A stretch of 64,000 nucleotides of DNA from an uncultured Gammaproteobacteria bacterium (GTDB lineage Bacteria > Patescibacteriota > Microgenomatia > UBA8517), in NCBI GenBank assembly GCA_964617045.1, contig CAZTVZ010000001.1, positions 136,763 to 200,762 of the forward strand, written 5' to 3'. Below are positions 28,686 to 38,131 of the stretch, in pieces; positions within the stretch are counted from its first letter, which is position 1; each line of letters starts with the position of its first letter. The translations under genes were made by a program, and so were the position numbers. The notes below the pieces were generated by a model. The model made no database searches. It saw only the letters and a program-made list of their open reading frames with translations, and had not been told where the DNA came from.

Positions 28686-29718
28686 ATTTGCTTATCATAC
28701 ACGCGAGAACGTCAGTGAAAGATACTCCATGGAGAGCCATTACTTCTGTCATAGGCAGTCCCATATCCGGCCCGAATGCCGTATTCGGATTACTGTCGGT
28801 AAAATATGGAATACCGGTATTCTCGTCTACCCTTACGTCAAATTTGGCATAGTCTTTGTGATGCAAACCGTTAAAAGCTCGAATGGCGAGTGTTTGAATT
28901 TTTGTTGCCAAAGGTTCGGGTACAAACTTGTATTTATACGCATCTTCGTCATCATAACTTTCGATTGAAGTAAAGAAATGCTTTCCGTCTGGTTTGTTTT
29001 TGAATATCTTTTGTCCCATAAATACCTGTTTTTTGGTTCCATCGTCAAAAACCACAACGGTTACTTCTTCTCCGTCAATAAATTGCTCGACAATTACCGG
29101 AATTTTGTATGTTCCGACCATTTCGTCAACTTTTTTCTGAGCTTCTTTTACTGTTTCTTTTACAGCTTTGTTGTCAATTCCCACAGATCCTCCCGATTCG
29201 TTAAGTTTTACAATCAAAGGAACCCCTAACCCTTCGTCAATTGCAGTTCCGGCTCTTCTTACAAATTGGAAATTGGGTGTGGGAATGTCGTATGCGATAA
29301 GAAGTCTTTTGGTAATATTCCTGTTGTTTCCGATAATCATTCCTTCCATCCCTGCTCCGGTATATGGAATACTGGATAATTCAAGTGCTGCGGGCACAGA
29401 TGTTTGGAGTCTGTCTTTTCCCCTCAGTGTATCCACCAGATTGATTACTATGTCTGGTTTGTCCACAAGAAGGTTCGTGAGGAAGTATTGGTCTCCGGGA
29501 TAGGTTCGGACTTCGACTCCGAGCTTTCTTATTTCCTCGGCAACTTCTTTTGCCCTATCCTCAACTTCAACCTCAGCTATATAAGCATCTTCTGTGGGGA
29601 AAAAATCTCTTTCAACGTGAGAATACGCAACGGCAACCAGTTTAAGTTTCTTTAAAGCGTCCTTATCGATAGGAAGTTTAATTTTCGAAGGTTTTTTTAT
29701 TTTTTTATCTTCCGACAT
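28666..29718 (-). CDS. ATP-grasp protein of the D-alanine--D-alanine ligase family
   Basis: PLIVKLNESGGSVGI and FDVRVDENTGIPYFTDSNPNTAFG match Ddl-type ATP-grasp motifs. Overlaps the C39-like gene by 20 nt, consistent with an operon. Confidence 0.55.
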   Translation of the reverse strand: MSEDKKIKKPSKIKLPIDKDALKKLKLVAVAYSHVERDFFPTEDAYIAEVEVEDRAKEVAEEIRKLGVEVRTYPGDQYFLTNLLVDKPDIVINLVDTLRGKDRLQTSVPAALELSSIPYTGAGMEGMIIGNNRNITKRLLIAYDIPTPNFQFVRRAGTAIDEGLGVPLIVKLNESGGSVGIDNKAVKETVKEAQKKVDEMVGTYKIPVIVEQFIDGEEVTVVVFDDGTKKQVFMGQKIFKNKPDGKHFFTSIESYDDEDAYKYKFVPEPLATKIQTLAIRAFNGLHHKDYAKFDVRVDENTGIPYFTDSNPNTAFGPDMGLPMTEVMALHGVSFTDVLACMISKYAKTLQ

Positions 29719-29808
29719 ACCATGAACATCTTAGCACAAAATTTGCGCACAAAAAAAGTCTTAATTATTTCCTTGACAGTTGTTCTCTCGTTGTTCTAAT
29801 ATGCGGCA

Positions 29809-30426
29809 ATGGATGAAGAACATATTGTGAGTGCAAGATACGAAGAAAGGAAATCAAACTCTTCAAATAACGGATTATTGGCTCTAATTTTCATTCTTTT
29901 GATAATGCTTGTTGGGGGTGGGGCTTTTATCTTCGGCACAAACCAATCAGGTGAAAAAACTGAAGAGCCAACCTCAACTCCAACACCATCGGTTACCGTA
30001 AAACCAACAGAAGTACTGGGAGACGAAACGGAAGTAACCCCATCCATTGTTCCGCAAAAGGTTATTGGTGCATCAGTAACGGTTAACCCGCAAAATTCAA
30101 CAACATGCCCCACAACTTTCGAGTTCACCGGACAAATTAAAGTTGACGCTCCGGGAGTTGTTAAATACAGATGGATTAAAAGTGACGGAACAACGCCTGT
30201 CGAGAATCAGGAAGAATTTATTATTGCGGGAACAAAAACGGTAAGTACCAATTGGAAAGTATTTGGTTCATATTCGGGTTGGATAAGGCTTGAAACAATT
30301 TCACCAAACATTATCAGTTCAACCAATGCTCAATTCAAATTAACATGTCCCACTACAACCCCTTCGTTAAATATCAAACCACTGATTACACCGAATATTA
30401 AAATCCAAATAACGGACACTCCTTAA
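29809..30426 (+). CDS. Membrane-anchored surface protein with a Thr/Pro-rich linker
   Basis: TM segment LLALIFILLIMLVGGGAFIF. TSTPTPSVTVKPTE linker. Confidence 0.4.
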   Translation: MDEEHIVSARYEERKSNSSNNGLLALIFILLIMLVGGGAFIFGTNQSGEKTEEPTSTPTPSVTVKPTEVLGDETEVTPSIVPQKVIGASVTVNPQNSTTCPTTFEFTGQIKVDAPGVVKYRWIKSDGTTPVENQEEFIIAGTKTVSTNWKVFGSYSGWIRLETISPNIISSTNAQFKLTCPTTTPSLNIKPLITPNIKIQITDTP

Positions 30427-30992
30427 TAGTTGAGATCGTGTTTTATTCCACCGAAGTCTTTGTCTTGTTTGGGGTTTTCGGGAACAACAACTCTTTCCAT
30501 TGATCTAATCTTGTTCATTTGAATGGTGTTTAATTTGTTTTCCCATTCCTGGGTATCCAGGGAGTATAAAATTTTCTCAAGAAAATCCACGGATTCCGGA
30601 TCCGAGAAATCAACTGTTTTAAACCTGTTTTCGGTTGAAGAAAGTTTTTCATTTATGTAAGTTCCCAACTCATAATATTTCTGTGCAGCCACACAATTCA
30701 CCTTAAGAGAATCGGGGCATGATTTAGTGTTATTGATTATTCTTCCAAACACCACGTATGCAAGATGATTGGTAAAAGCTTCCCCCTGCTCCTCGACTTC
30801 GCGAAGTGATATTGTTGCTTCACTTATCGCAATTTTTGCATAGTTAAGACCATGAAGAGATATCTCTAAATATTCTTTATCATAACCCTCGGATTCTTCT
30901 TTAAGAATCTTTAATTCCCTGCTTAAATCTGTATAATTAAACTCTGGCGACATATTAGTCCCATATTGTATCCAATGGAAGGTGAAAGTCAA
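30423..30992 (-). CDS. Hypothetical protein
   Basis: ORF only. Confidence 0.35.
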   Translation of the reverse strand: MTFTFHWIQYGTNMSPEFNYTDLSRELKILKEESEGYDKEYLEISLHGLNYAKIAISEATISLREVEEQGEAFTNHLAYVVFGRIINNTKSCPDSLKVNCVAAQKYYELGTYINEKLSSTENRFKTVDFSDPESVDFLEKILYSLDTQEWENKLNTIQMNKIRSMERVVVPENPKQDKDFGGIKHDLNY

Positions 30993-31622
30993 ACAGAAAT
31001 AATTCGCAAGACTTACGCAAGGGCAACATTGAATCCCTCCAAAGATGAATTTATTCGGGAAATCAATTCCACGAGTGGACTATCGTTATTGGATATCGGC
31101 TGCGGAGAAAACCCAAGAATGTCGGTTGGTTTAAAAAAGGGTGATCTTTGGGTTGGCTGTGATCCGCATATTAAGGAAGAAAACATAACGGGTTCATCTG
31201 TTCATGTGCATACATCTTCAGCAAACAACCCCGACTCAAAGCTCATCGTGTTTAATTCGGATGCCGCTAGTGTTCCGGGCTTTGCACCGGATTGGATTAC
31301 CTGCATTGCACCAAATCCGAAAGATGTAGTTGACGATAAAATTATCAATTACGATCTTGAAAAATTTTTTGACTCAAATAAAAAACAACATTTTTTGGTT
31401 GTAATGGACAACAGGACAAAAGAAGCGGAACTATTTAAAAAGGATGCAATTAAACATATTAAAAAGTTTATGCATGATTTGAATTTCAACCTAATTAGTT
31501 CAGACGAAATTGATGACTTGGGGGATTACCTAAGAACAAATATTAACTTTAAACCGAATTCTGCGGATCTGGGTATAAGCGGGAATCAGTATCTACTTTT
31601 TGTTAAACCAAAAGGAAGATAA
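30966..31622 (+). CDS. Possible class I SAM-dependent methyltransferase-like protein
   Basis: LLDIGCGEN resembles methyltransferase motif I. Weak. Confidence 0.35.
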   Translation: MYPMEGESQTEIIRKTYARATLNPSKDEFIREINSTSGLSLLDIGCGENPRMSVGLKKGDLWVGCDPHIKEENITGSSVHVHTSSANNPDSKLIVFNSDAASVPGFAPDWITCIAPNPKDVVDDKIINYDLEKFFDSNKKQHFLVVMDNRTKEAELFKKDAIKHIKKFMHDLNFNLISSDEIDDLGDYLRTNINFKPNSADLGISGNQYLLFVKPKGR

Positions 31623-31623
31623 C

Positions 31624-32661
31624 TTATTTTAGTCTTGCGATATTTGCTTCGACCATCATTCCAATCAGTTCTTCAAATTTCACTTTTGGTTCCCAGCCCA
31701 ATTCATCTTTGGCTTTTTGCGGATTACCTACCAAAGGCCCTGTCTCCGTAGGCCTGACGAATCTTTGATCTACTTCAACATGATCTTCCCAATTTTTTCC
31801 TACGTGGTTATATGCCGCTTCACATAATTCCCTGATCGTGTGAGTTTCGTTGGTGGCAATTACATAATCTTCAGGTTTTTCCTGTTGTAACATCAACCAC
31901 ATTGCTTCAACATAATCTCCCGCAAAACCCCAATCTCTTTTTGCATCCAAATTACCCATTGCCACTTTTCCGTTTTTGACAATAGGCTCCCCTTCTTCGT
32001 TAAGATGCGGTGAATTCTTGATACCCAACTTTGCACAAGCTGCTGCATAACAAACTTTTTGGGTTACAAAAGCCAAACCTCTTCTTGGTGATTCGTGATT
32101 AAAGAGGATTCCGCAGGAAATATGCATGTTATAACTTGCACGATAAATTTTTGCGATGTTGTGTGCATATAGTTTGGCTGCAGCATATGGATTGGCAGGA
32201 TTAACGGGAGTTTCTTCCGTTTGAGGGATTTCTTTAACCCACCCAAACATTTCAGAAGAAGATGCTTGATAAAACTTTGCTTCGGGAACCAAGTCCCATG
32301 CAGCATCCATTACTCTGTGGGCACCAATACCAGTTATTTCTGCGGTATGAATAGGTTGTCTGAATGATTCTCTCGGTGCCGACTGTGAAGCAAGGTTGTA
32401 TATTTCATCGGGTCGACTTGCTTGAATCGCTTCTCTTATTGATACCGGATCTAATAAATCAGCTTGGATTAAATTCAAGTGCTCTTGGATATGGTCAATA
32501 TTTTCGTATTTTGTGGAGCTGGTTTTCCTTACAGTACCTGCAACCTCATAACCTTTTTTCAGAAGAAGCTCAGCCAGATAAGATCCGTCCTGTCCTGTTA
32601 TTCCAGTTATGAGAGCCTTTTTTGCCATCGATTTCTCTATTCTAATTACCTCCTGGTACAA
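31624..32661 (-). CDS. gmd: GDP-mannose 4,6-dehydratase
   Basis: ALITGITGQDGSYLAELLLKKGYEVAG N-terminal signature. Short-chain dehydrogenase Yxxx(K) context. 345 aa. Confidence 0.85.
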   Translation of the reverse strand: MYQEVIRIEKSMAKKALITGITGQDGSYLAELLLKKGYEVAGTVRKTSSTKYENIDHIQEHLNLIQADLLDPVSIREAIQASRPDEIYNLASQSAPRESFRQPIHTAEITGIGAHRVMDAAWDLVPEAKFYQASSSEMFGWVKEIPQTEETPVNPANPYAAAKLYAHNIAKIYRASYNMHISCGILFNHESPRRGLAFVTQKVCYAAACAKLGIKNSPHLNEEGEPIVKNGKVAMGNLDAKRDWGFAGDYVEAMWLMLQQEKPEDYVIATNETHTIRELCEAAYNHVGKNWEDHVEVDQRFVRPTETGPLVGNPQKAKDELGWEPKVKFEELIGMMVEANIARLK

Positions 32662-32743
32662 AAATCAATACCAAAAACTCAAAAATCTGATAAAATATTT
32701 ATCTAGCAAGAGTATTTTTACTCGAAAGGAGGCGATTTTTTGG

Positions 32744-32938
32744 ATGTTTATAGTCAAAAAGAAAAAAGGAGAATCCGAGGATAGATTGATAGCTCGTTTT
32801 AAGAAAAAGGTCTTAAACGAGGGAATCCTCTTGGAACTCAGAGACAGAGAACGATATAAAAAACCAGCCGAAAGACGTAAGGAGAACAAATACAGAATTA
32901 AATTCAATATCGAAATGGAAAAGAAAAGAAATTATTAA
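32744..32938 (+). CDS. rpsU: 30S ribosomal protein S21. The start is at the internal ATG 32744, preceded by AAAGGAGG at 32726.
   Basis: MFIVKKKKGESEDRLIARFKKKVLNEGILLELRDRERYKKPAERRKENK matches the S21 pattern (RFKK...GIL.E.R.RE.Y.KP...RK). Strong SD 9 nt upstream. The track ORF 32609.. begins too far upstream. Confidence 0.75.
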   Translation: MFIVKKKKGESEDRLIARFKKKVLNEGILLELRDRERYKKPAERRKENKYRIKFNIEMEKKRNY

Positions 32939-33591
32939 TTCCTTTTCTTGAGCCAAGTTTCTATGTACTTCTTTCTGTGATATCTGGTACTTCCAAATTT
33001 AAGGATAGCTTCCTGATGCTTTTTTGTACCGTATCCCTTATTGCCGTCCCATTGGTATTCAGGGTATTTATTAGATAATTTTTTCATTAAATTGTCTCGA
33101 TATACTTTGGCAATAATTGATGCAGCCGCAATGCTAAGTGATTTTCTGTCACCCTTAATAATTGGCAATTGCCTTCTTTTTCTTTTTGCGGGCAATCTGG
33201 GAACATATGGAATACTAAAAGCATCGACAAGTAAATAATCTATCGGCTTGCCCATCTTTTGTCTCGTTTTCGAAATAGCCATTCTAAATGCTCTGTTGGT
33301 AGCTTTTTGAATACCGCTTTTATTAATTAAACCGACATTTGTTTCTCCGATTCCCCACGCGAAAGAATTCGCTCTAATCCATTTGTTTGCTTTTATCCTT
33401 TGAAGCGATGTTAATTTCTTGGAGTCATCTATTCTTACTTCTTTTGATATTGTTTGTCCTTTTTCAAAAACAACGCAGGCTGTAACGACAGGTCCAGCAA
33501 ACGATCCTCTGCCTACTTCATCAAGTCCGGCAACAATTTCATACCTTTTCTTCCATAATTTAGTTTCGAAGAAAAAGTTAGGTTGCTTCAT
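32935..33591 (-). CDS. rnhB: Ribonuclease HII
   Basis: GLDEVGRGSFAGPVVTA metal-binding motif. 218 aa. Confidence 0.85.
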   Translation of the reverse strand: MKQPNFFFETKLWKKRYEIVAGLDEVGRGSFAGPVVTACVVFEKGQTISKEVRIDDSKKLTSLQRIKANKWIRANSFAWGIGETNVGLINKSGIQKATNRAFRMAISKTRQKMGKPIDYLLVDAFSIPYVPRLPAKRKRRQLPIIKGDRKSLSIAAASIIAKVYRDNLMKKLSNKYPEYQWDGNKGYGTKKHQEAILKFGSTRYHRKKYIETWLKKRN

Positions 33592-33594
33592 ATA

Positions 33595-34803
33595 TCAGAA
33601 TGTATTAACTGCAAGAGTGTCGGGATCGTTAAGAAGAGCTTTCAAAACTCCGTGTGCGTATTTAATATGCTGTCTTGCTCCTGTAGAATCTTTTGCCCTA
33701 AGATAATCTTCCGCACACATTCCTTCTCTCAATTTCGGCATCTTTATATACTGCAGCCTTTGGTTGATAAGCTTTTCTTCCGAAGAGTTCTCAAAATATG
33801 CTCCCGTTAAATACTTTCTAGCGATAGTTACAGGCCCCAAATATGGAGCACACTGTACCTGCGATAAAATCTGTTTCGAAATTGCCTTTAATAGCTGGCT
33901 TACCGTCCAGTAATCGAAATTAACATGTTTAATTTGCGGATTTTCGAAAATATCTAATCCACGATATTCATTTAAGCCGATTATCATTTCCAATGAAATT
34001 GCGGCATTTTCAATTTGCATTCTCGTATATGCCCGCTCTTCCTCCAGCCATCTATATATATTTTCCGCCTTACCTTCAGTGTTTGGCATTTTAATTTCAT
34101 TTTTAACATTCTCCAAAAATGCTGACCTTAGAAGAATCCTTGATATCATGGGATTTACTCTACCAAGGCTGTCTTTTTGAGCTGCTTTGGCAACTTTATC
34201 GATTACGGTTTTCCAGATATTACTTCTTGAATCCAACATGCCATTTCTTTTAAGCACCATCTCTGCCTCAAATGCAATTTTTGATAAATCGTTTTGTGTT
34301 TTAATGTTTCCGTTAATAAATTCTCCACTGATTTCGTTAATCTCCTGAAACACCTCGTCGACCTTCCCCTTTTCAACTCCGTATTCTGAATAATCGTGTG
34401 CAATCAGATCTTGCTGTCTCATTGCAGGCTCCAATCCCCCCTCAACATTTACAAGGATAAGTCGTTTTATGTTCCAGCTTTTGGGATACTGAGGAATTAC
34501 AAGAGCCTCATTTTTTCTTTTACCTCCAAAGATAATATCTTTGTCAAAATCCAAGGCTCGTTCGGTATATTTTCCCCACCGGCTTACAATAACGGAACCG
34601 GAAACGGGATTTACTCTTGGTACCCAAATTGGATACTGAATAGATTCTTTTCTGTAGTTGCCGACAGCAGGATAATCAAGAATTTTCTCCTGCTCCTTGG
34701 ATATAACCATCAAGTCGAGCTTTTCTTCGGAAAACCTATTTTTTCTATTTTCCGCCCACATGTCACGAGCTGACTCAATACTTCTGGGGGAGTTTTCTTT
34801 CAT
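33595..34803 (-). CDS. Hypothetical protein (402 aa)
   Basis: ORF only. No motif recognised. Confidence 0.4.
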   Translation of the reverse strand: MKENSPRSIESARDMWAENRKNRFSEEKLDLMVISKEQEKILDYPAVGNYRKESIQYPIWVPRVNPVSGSVIVSRWGKYTERALDFDKDIIFGGKRKNEALVIPQYPKSWNIKRLILVNVEGGLEPAMRQQDLIAHDYSEYGVEKGKVDEVFQEINEISGEFINGNIKTQNDLSKIAFEAEMVLKRNGMLDSRSNIWKTVIDKVAKAAQKDSLGRVNPMISRILLRSAFLENVKNEIKMPNTEGKAENIYRWLEEERAYTRMQIENAAISLEMIIGLNEYRGLDIFENPQIKHVNFDYWTVSQLLKAISKQILSQVQCAPYLGPVTIARKYLTGAYFENSSEEKLINQRLQYIKMPKLREGMCAEDYLRAKDSTGARQHIKYAHGVLKALLNDPDTLAVNTF

Positions 34804-34829
34804 TTGTGCCCAAATAATACCATAGTTCC

Positions 34830-35051
34830 TTGTTAATTCAATTTCGAACTGCTATAATTTCATCCGTGAGAAAGGTTTTAGACTATTTCTCTGAGGTAAG
34901 GTCCGAGCTCCGCAAGGTAACCTGGCCCAAGAAAGAAGAGGTAACTAAGTTAACATTGATAGTTCTTATTATCTCTGTAATTGTGGGCGGATACGTCGGA
35001 GGGCTCGATTACCTACTAACCAAAGGCTTGGAACTTTTGGTAGCCAGATAA
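34830..35051 (+). CDS. secE: Preprotein translocase subunit SecE. The likely true start is in-frame GTG 34866, giving 61 aa.
   Basis: VRSELRKVTWPKKEEVTKLTLIVLIISVIVGG matches minimal bacterial SecE. Directly upstream of nusG. Confidence 0.75.
   Translation: MLIQFRTAIISSVRKVLDYFSEVRSELRKVTWPKKEEVTKLTLIVLIISVIVGGYVGGLDYLLTKGLELLVAR
34854..34859 (+). promoter_or_regulatory. Putative -10 box (TATAATTTCAT copy 3) at the start of secE
   Basis: The same 11-mer as at the two tRNA promoters. It lies inside the track ORF, which implies that secE starts at GTG 34866 or is leaderless. Confidence 0.4.
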
Positions 35052-35053
35052 AA

Positions 35054-35668
35054 ATGGACGAAGATACAGTATTAGCAGTAGACGAAAGAGGAACCGGGAA
35101 AAGAAAAATTCCTGGCCATATCGTTATTACAGAAACCGATGATCCGAAAGCAAAGTGGTACGTCGTACACACCGCTTCCGGACACGAAGCTCGTGTCTCT
35201 GAAACTTTAAGACAAAGAGTCGAAACAATGAGCCTTCAAGGAAACATTTTTGAACTTCTTGTTCCGACCCAAGACAGAGTTGTCATTAGAGGCGGAAGAA
35301 AAGCAACCATTAAAGAAAAAATATTCCCGGGTTATTTGCTTGTAAAAATGATTCTCGATGATCCAACATGGTTGGCAGTTAGAACCACACCTGGTATTAC
35401 TGGGTTTGTCGGATCAGGAGAAAAACCAACACCTCTTTCGGAATCCGAGGTATTAAATATTCAGAAATTCGTGTCGGCACCGGCACCCAGATTCAAAACA
35501 AAGTTTACTGTTGGAGAAGCAGTTAAAATCACCGACGGACCATTCGCCGATTTCTTGGGAACCATAAATGACATCGACGAAGAAAAAGGTAAAGTAAAAG
35601 TACTCGTATCCATCTTTGGAAGAGAAACCCCGGTAGAACTCGATTTCCTTCAGATAGCAAAAGTTTAA
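35054..35668 (+). CDS. nusG: Transcription termination/antitermination factor NusG
   Basis: NGN domain (KWYVVHTASGHE, FPGYLLVKM) and C-terminal KOW (FTVGEAVKITDGPFADFLGTI). Confidence 0.9.
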   Translation: MDEDTVLAVDERGTGKRKIPGHIVITETDDPKAKWYVVHTASGHEARVSETLRQRVETMSLQGNIFELLVPTQDRVVIRGGRKATIKEKIFPGYLLVKMILDDPTWLAVRTTPGITGFVGSGEKPTPLSESEVLNIQKFVSAPAPRFKTKFTVGEAVKITDGPFADFLGTINDIDEEKGKVKVLVSIFGRETPVELDFLQIAKV

Positions 35669-35673
35669 CCTCG

Positions 35674-35985
35674 ATGACGGAAAGACGCCGATGCAGTTAC
35701 AATGGAGGAGTTGTCTGCGACGAAGAATGCTTTCTAATCGGACAATTTAACTCTCAAGCTTCAATGGGTGGTGCTGACAATAAAGAACTGGATCTTTCGA
35801 CAAAAGAAGTTGGCCCATACTGGTCAAAAGAAAATTGGATAGGCCTTGTTAAAAACACTCTTGAAGAATCGAAAAAAGGCTGTCCCCATCGAAAAGACCT
35901 GGAAAGCATTATCCTTGAAACAACAAGGTCAAAATACGAAAAAGGAGAGATAGTTGAAGATACTTCGGGCGAAGTAATTCCATAA
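35674..35985 (+). CDS. Hypothetical Cys-rich small protein (doubtful)
   Basis: ORF only. Overlapped by an antisense ORF of similar size. Confidence 0.25.
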   Translation: MTERRRCSYNGGVVCDEECFLIGQFNSQASMGGADNKELDLSTKEVGPYWSKENWIGLVKNTLEESKKGCPHRKDLESIILETTRSKYEKGEIVEDTSGEVIP

Positions 35986-36017
35986 AGGACACTTTCGCCC
36001 AAAATTCGAAGGTACAT

Positions 36018-36650
36018 TTAGTAACTTCTTTTTGTATGATCCCTGTTTACATAGAGAAGGAATAGAACAATCGGTTCTCCAAAAAACGAGATCAACATCA
36101 ACAGAACATACACTGCTCCAAATACATTCAATCCCAATTCAGCCGGGAATAAATTTGTTGGAGTGGACCCGAGTACCCACATTTCGGCACAAAGAGTATC
36201 CAAAAGTGTATCTACTATTGAGAGGATTAATGCGGCCAAAAGACCCACAATGGAAATGATCTTACCGAATGCAGCATTACTTCTTGATTGGGTAAACACC
36301 ATTGTCCATAACCCCAGTTGTATGACTCCCGTCACAACTGAAATCACCCAGGGTATGGCGTATCTGAGCCAGGAAGAATCGGGAAATACGAATACTTCCT
36401 GTAATACAATCCCGCCAAGATATATGTCGGCCAATAATATTGCCGGCACTCCGATGATGTATAGAAGACTGTTGATCCAGCGAATGGTTGTCGAGATAAT
36501 CCCGGTAACCCAGCCTTCATACATTGACGACTTTCCAGCACTGACTGGCAAATCCATGACTGTCATTTCTCCTCCTTTTTGTATATGTGCGATTGAGTAG
36601 GGCTTACCTACAATAGCCGATAATATACGCCCGACAAGGCTGTTAGTCAA
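36018..36650 (-). CDS. Polytopic membrane protein inserted between nusG and rplK
   Basis: Five to six hydrophobic helices. Confidence 0.45.
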   Translation of the reverse strand: MTNSLVGRILSAIVGKPYSIAHIQKGGEMTVMDLPVSAGKSSMYEGWVTGIISTTIRWINSLLYIIGVPAILLADIYLGGIVLQEVFVFPDSSWLRYAIPWVISVVTGVIQLGLWTMVFTQSRSNAAFGKIISIVGLLAALILSIVDTLLDTLCAEMWVLGSTPTNLFPAELGLNVFGAVYVLLMLISFFGEPIVLFLLYVNRDHTKRSY

Positions 36651-36785
36651 GGACTACAGGATATATAGGCATACTTTACAGTACGTATGTCTTGTCGTAT
36701 AATTACCCTACCTCGGAAATCTGAGGGAGATATCACAGATATCGAAAACTTCACTTAAGTATTCCCTATCTGTGCACAAACCAAA

Positions 36786-37214
36786 ATGGCATCAAAAAAA
36801 GTAAAAGTAGTCTTAAAAGTTAATTTACCGGCTGGAGAAGCAACTCCCGCACCACCTTTGGGACCGGCTCTTGGACAGCACGGTGTTGCCATTATGGACT
36901 TCGTTAAAAGATACAACGACGAAACATCTAAGATGAAGGGCAATATTGTTCCCGCCGTTATCACCATATACGAAGACAGAACCTTTGATTTCGTCACAAA
37001 ACTTGCTCCCGTGTCAGAAATGATCAAAAAAGCCTTGGGGATAGAAAAAGGTTCAGGAAAAACACCCAGGGTCATTGCAGCAACCATGACTGATGCACAA
37101 CTGACCAAAATCGCAGAAGAAAAAATCAAAGATTTGAATACTACAGATCTTGATGCAGCCAAGAAAATTGTTGCAGGCACAGCCAGATCTATGGGTGTAA
37201 AGATAGAAGGATAA
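36786..37214 (+). CDS. rplK: 50S ribosomal protein L11
   Basis: KVNLPAGEATPAPPLGPALGQHGVAIMDF conserved N-terminal domain. Confidence 0.9.
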   Translation: MASKKVKVVLKVNLPAGEATPAPPLGPALGQHGVAIMDFVKRYNDETSKMKGNIVPAVITIYEDRTFDFVTKLAPVSEMIKKALGIEKGSGKTPRVIAATMTDAQLTKIAEEKIKDLNTTDLDAAKKIVAGTARSMGVKIEG

Positions 37215-37216
37215 AA

Positions 37217-37936
37217 ATGACAGACGAAAAGAAACAAAAAGAAGAAAAAATTCACATTTCCGGACTCAAAGGCGGCCAAAGAATAACCGCTATTGATGCG
37301 GAACCTGTCGTTGTTAACGATTTTTCAAGCGAAGAATCCAACAAACAGAAAAAGGCTCCAAAATCCAGAGGAAAAAAGTACCAGGAAAACAAAGCAAAGG
37401 TAAATTCCACCAACCTGTATTCTTTACCGGAAGCAATCAAGTTGGCAAAAGAAACCTCATATTCCAGTTTTGACGGATCAATGGAAATGCATCTTTCGGT
37501 CAAAAAAACCGGAACTAATGTTAACGTTAACCTTCCCCATTCTTTAGGAAAAGAAAAGAAGGTTGAAATCGTATCCGACGAAACAATTAAAAAACTCTCT
37601 GAGGGTAAAATTGATTTTGACGTACTTGTCGCAACACCCGAAACAATGCCTAAATTGGTTCCTTTTGCAAGGCTCTTAGGACCTAAGGGTTTGATGCCTA
37701 ATCCCAAAAACGGCACTTTAATCTCCGACCCGAAAAAATATGCTGCAGGAGCAACAAACATTAAAACCGAAAGAGAAGCTCCTCTTGTGCACACGATATT
37801 CGGCAAAGTCTCAATGGAAGACAAAGTATTGGTAGAAAATGCAGAAGCCATTCTGAAAGCACTAGGTGGCTCCAAACAGGTACTGCAAATTCATATCAAG
37901 GCAACAATGGGTCCTTCAATCAAGGTTAGGGCCTAA
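37217..37936 (+). CDS. rplA: 50S ribosomal protein L1
   Basis: VATPETMPKLVPFARLLGPKGLMPNPKNGT motif. Confidence 0.9.
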   Translation: MTDEKKQKEEKIHISGLKGGQRITAIDAEPVVVNDFSSEESNKQKKAPKSRGKKYQENKAKVNSTNLYSLPEAIKLAKETSYSSFDGSMEMHLSVKKTGTNVNVNLPHSLGKEKKVEIVSDETIKKLSEGKIDFDVLVATPETMPKLVPFARLLGPKGLMPNPKNGTLISDPKKYAAGATNIKTEREAPLVHTIFGKVSMEDKVLVENAEAILKALGGSKQVLQIHIKATMGPSIKVRA

Positions 37937-38131
37937 TCTCCTAGATAACAAGCCCGAATTATTAATTACTTCAGTATCTGACAAAACAGAAAATAAATAT
38001 AAAGTCGGTGTTTGTTCAATTGGTAGTTTTATTGACGAAGGATTAAATAGAATCATAGACATCGACGGAATTGACGAATCAGTGATTGGTGTAATTGCCT
38101 TGGGTGATATAAACTAAAGTTTCAAGAACTC

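Noticed and set aside
36755-37875. Minus-strand ORFs 36755..37279 and 37252..37875
   Set aside because: They are antisense to rplK and rplA, whose products are unmistakable.
37866-38117. 83-aa ORF overlapping the end of rplA
   Set aside because: Its only ATG is inside rplA in another frame. There is no in-frame ATG, GTG or TTG after the rplA stop. Treated as non-coding spacer.
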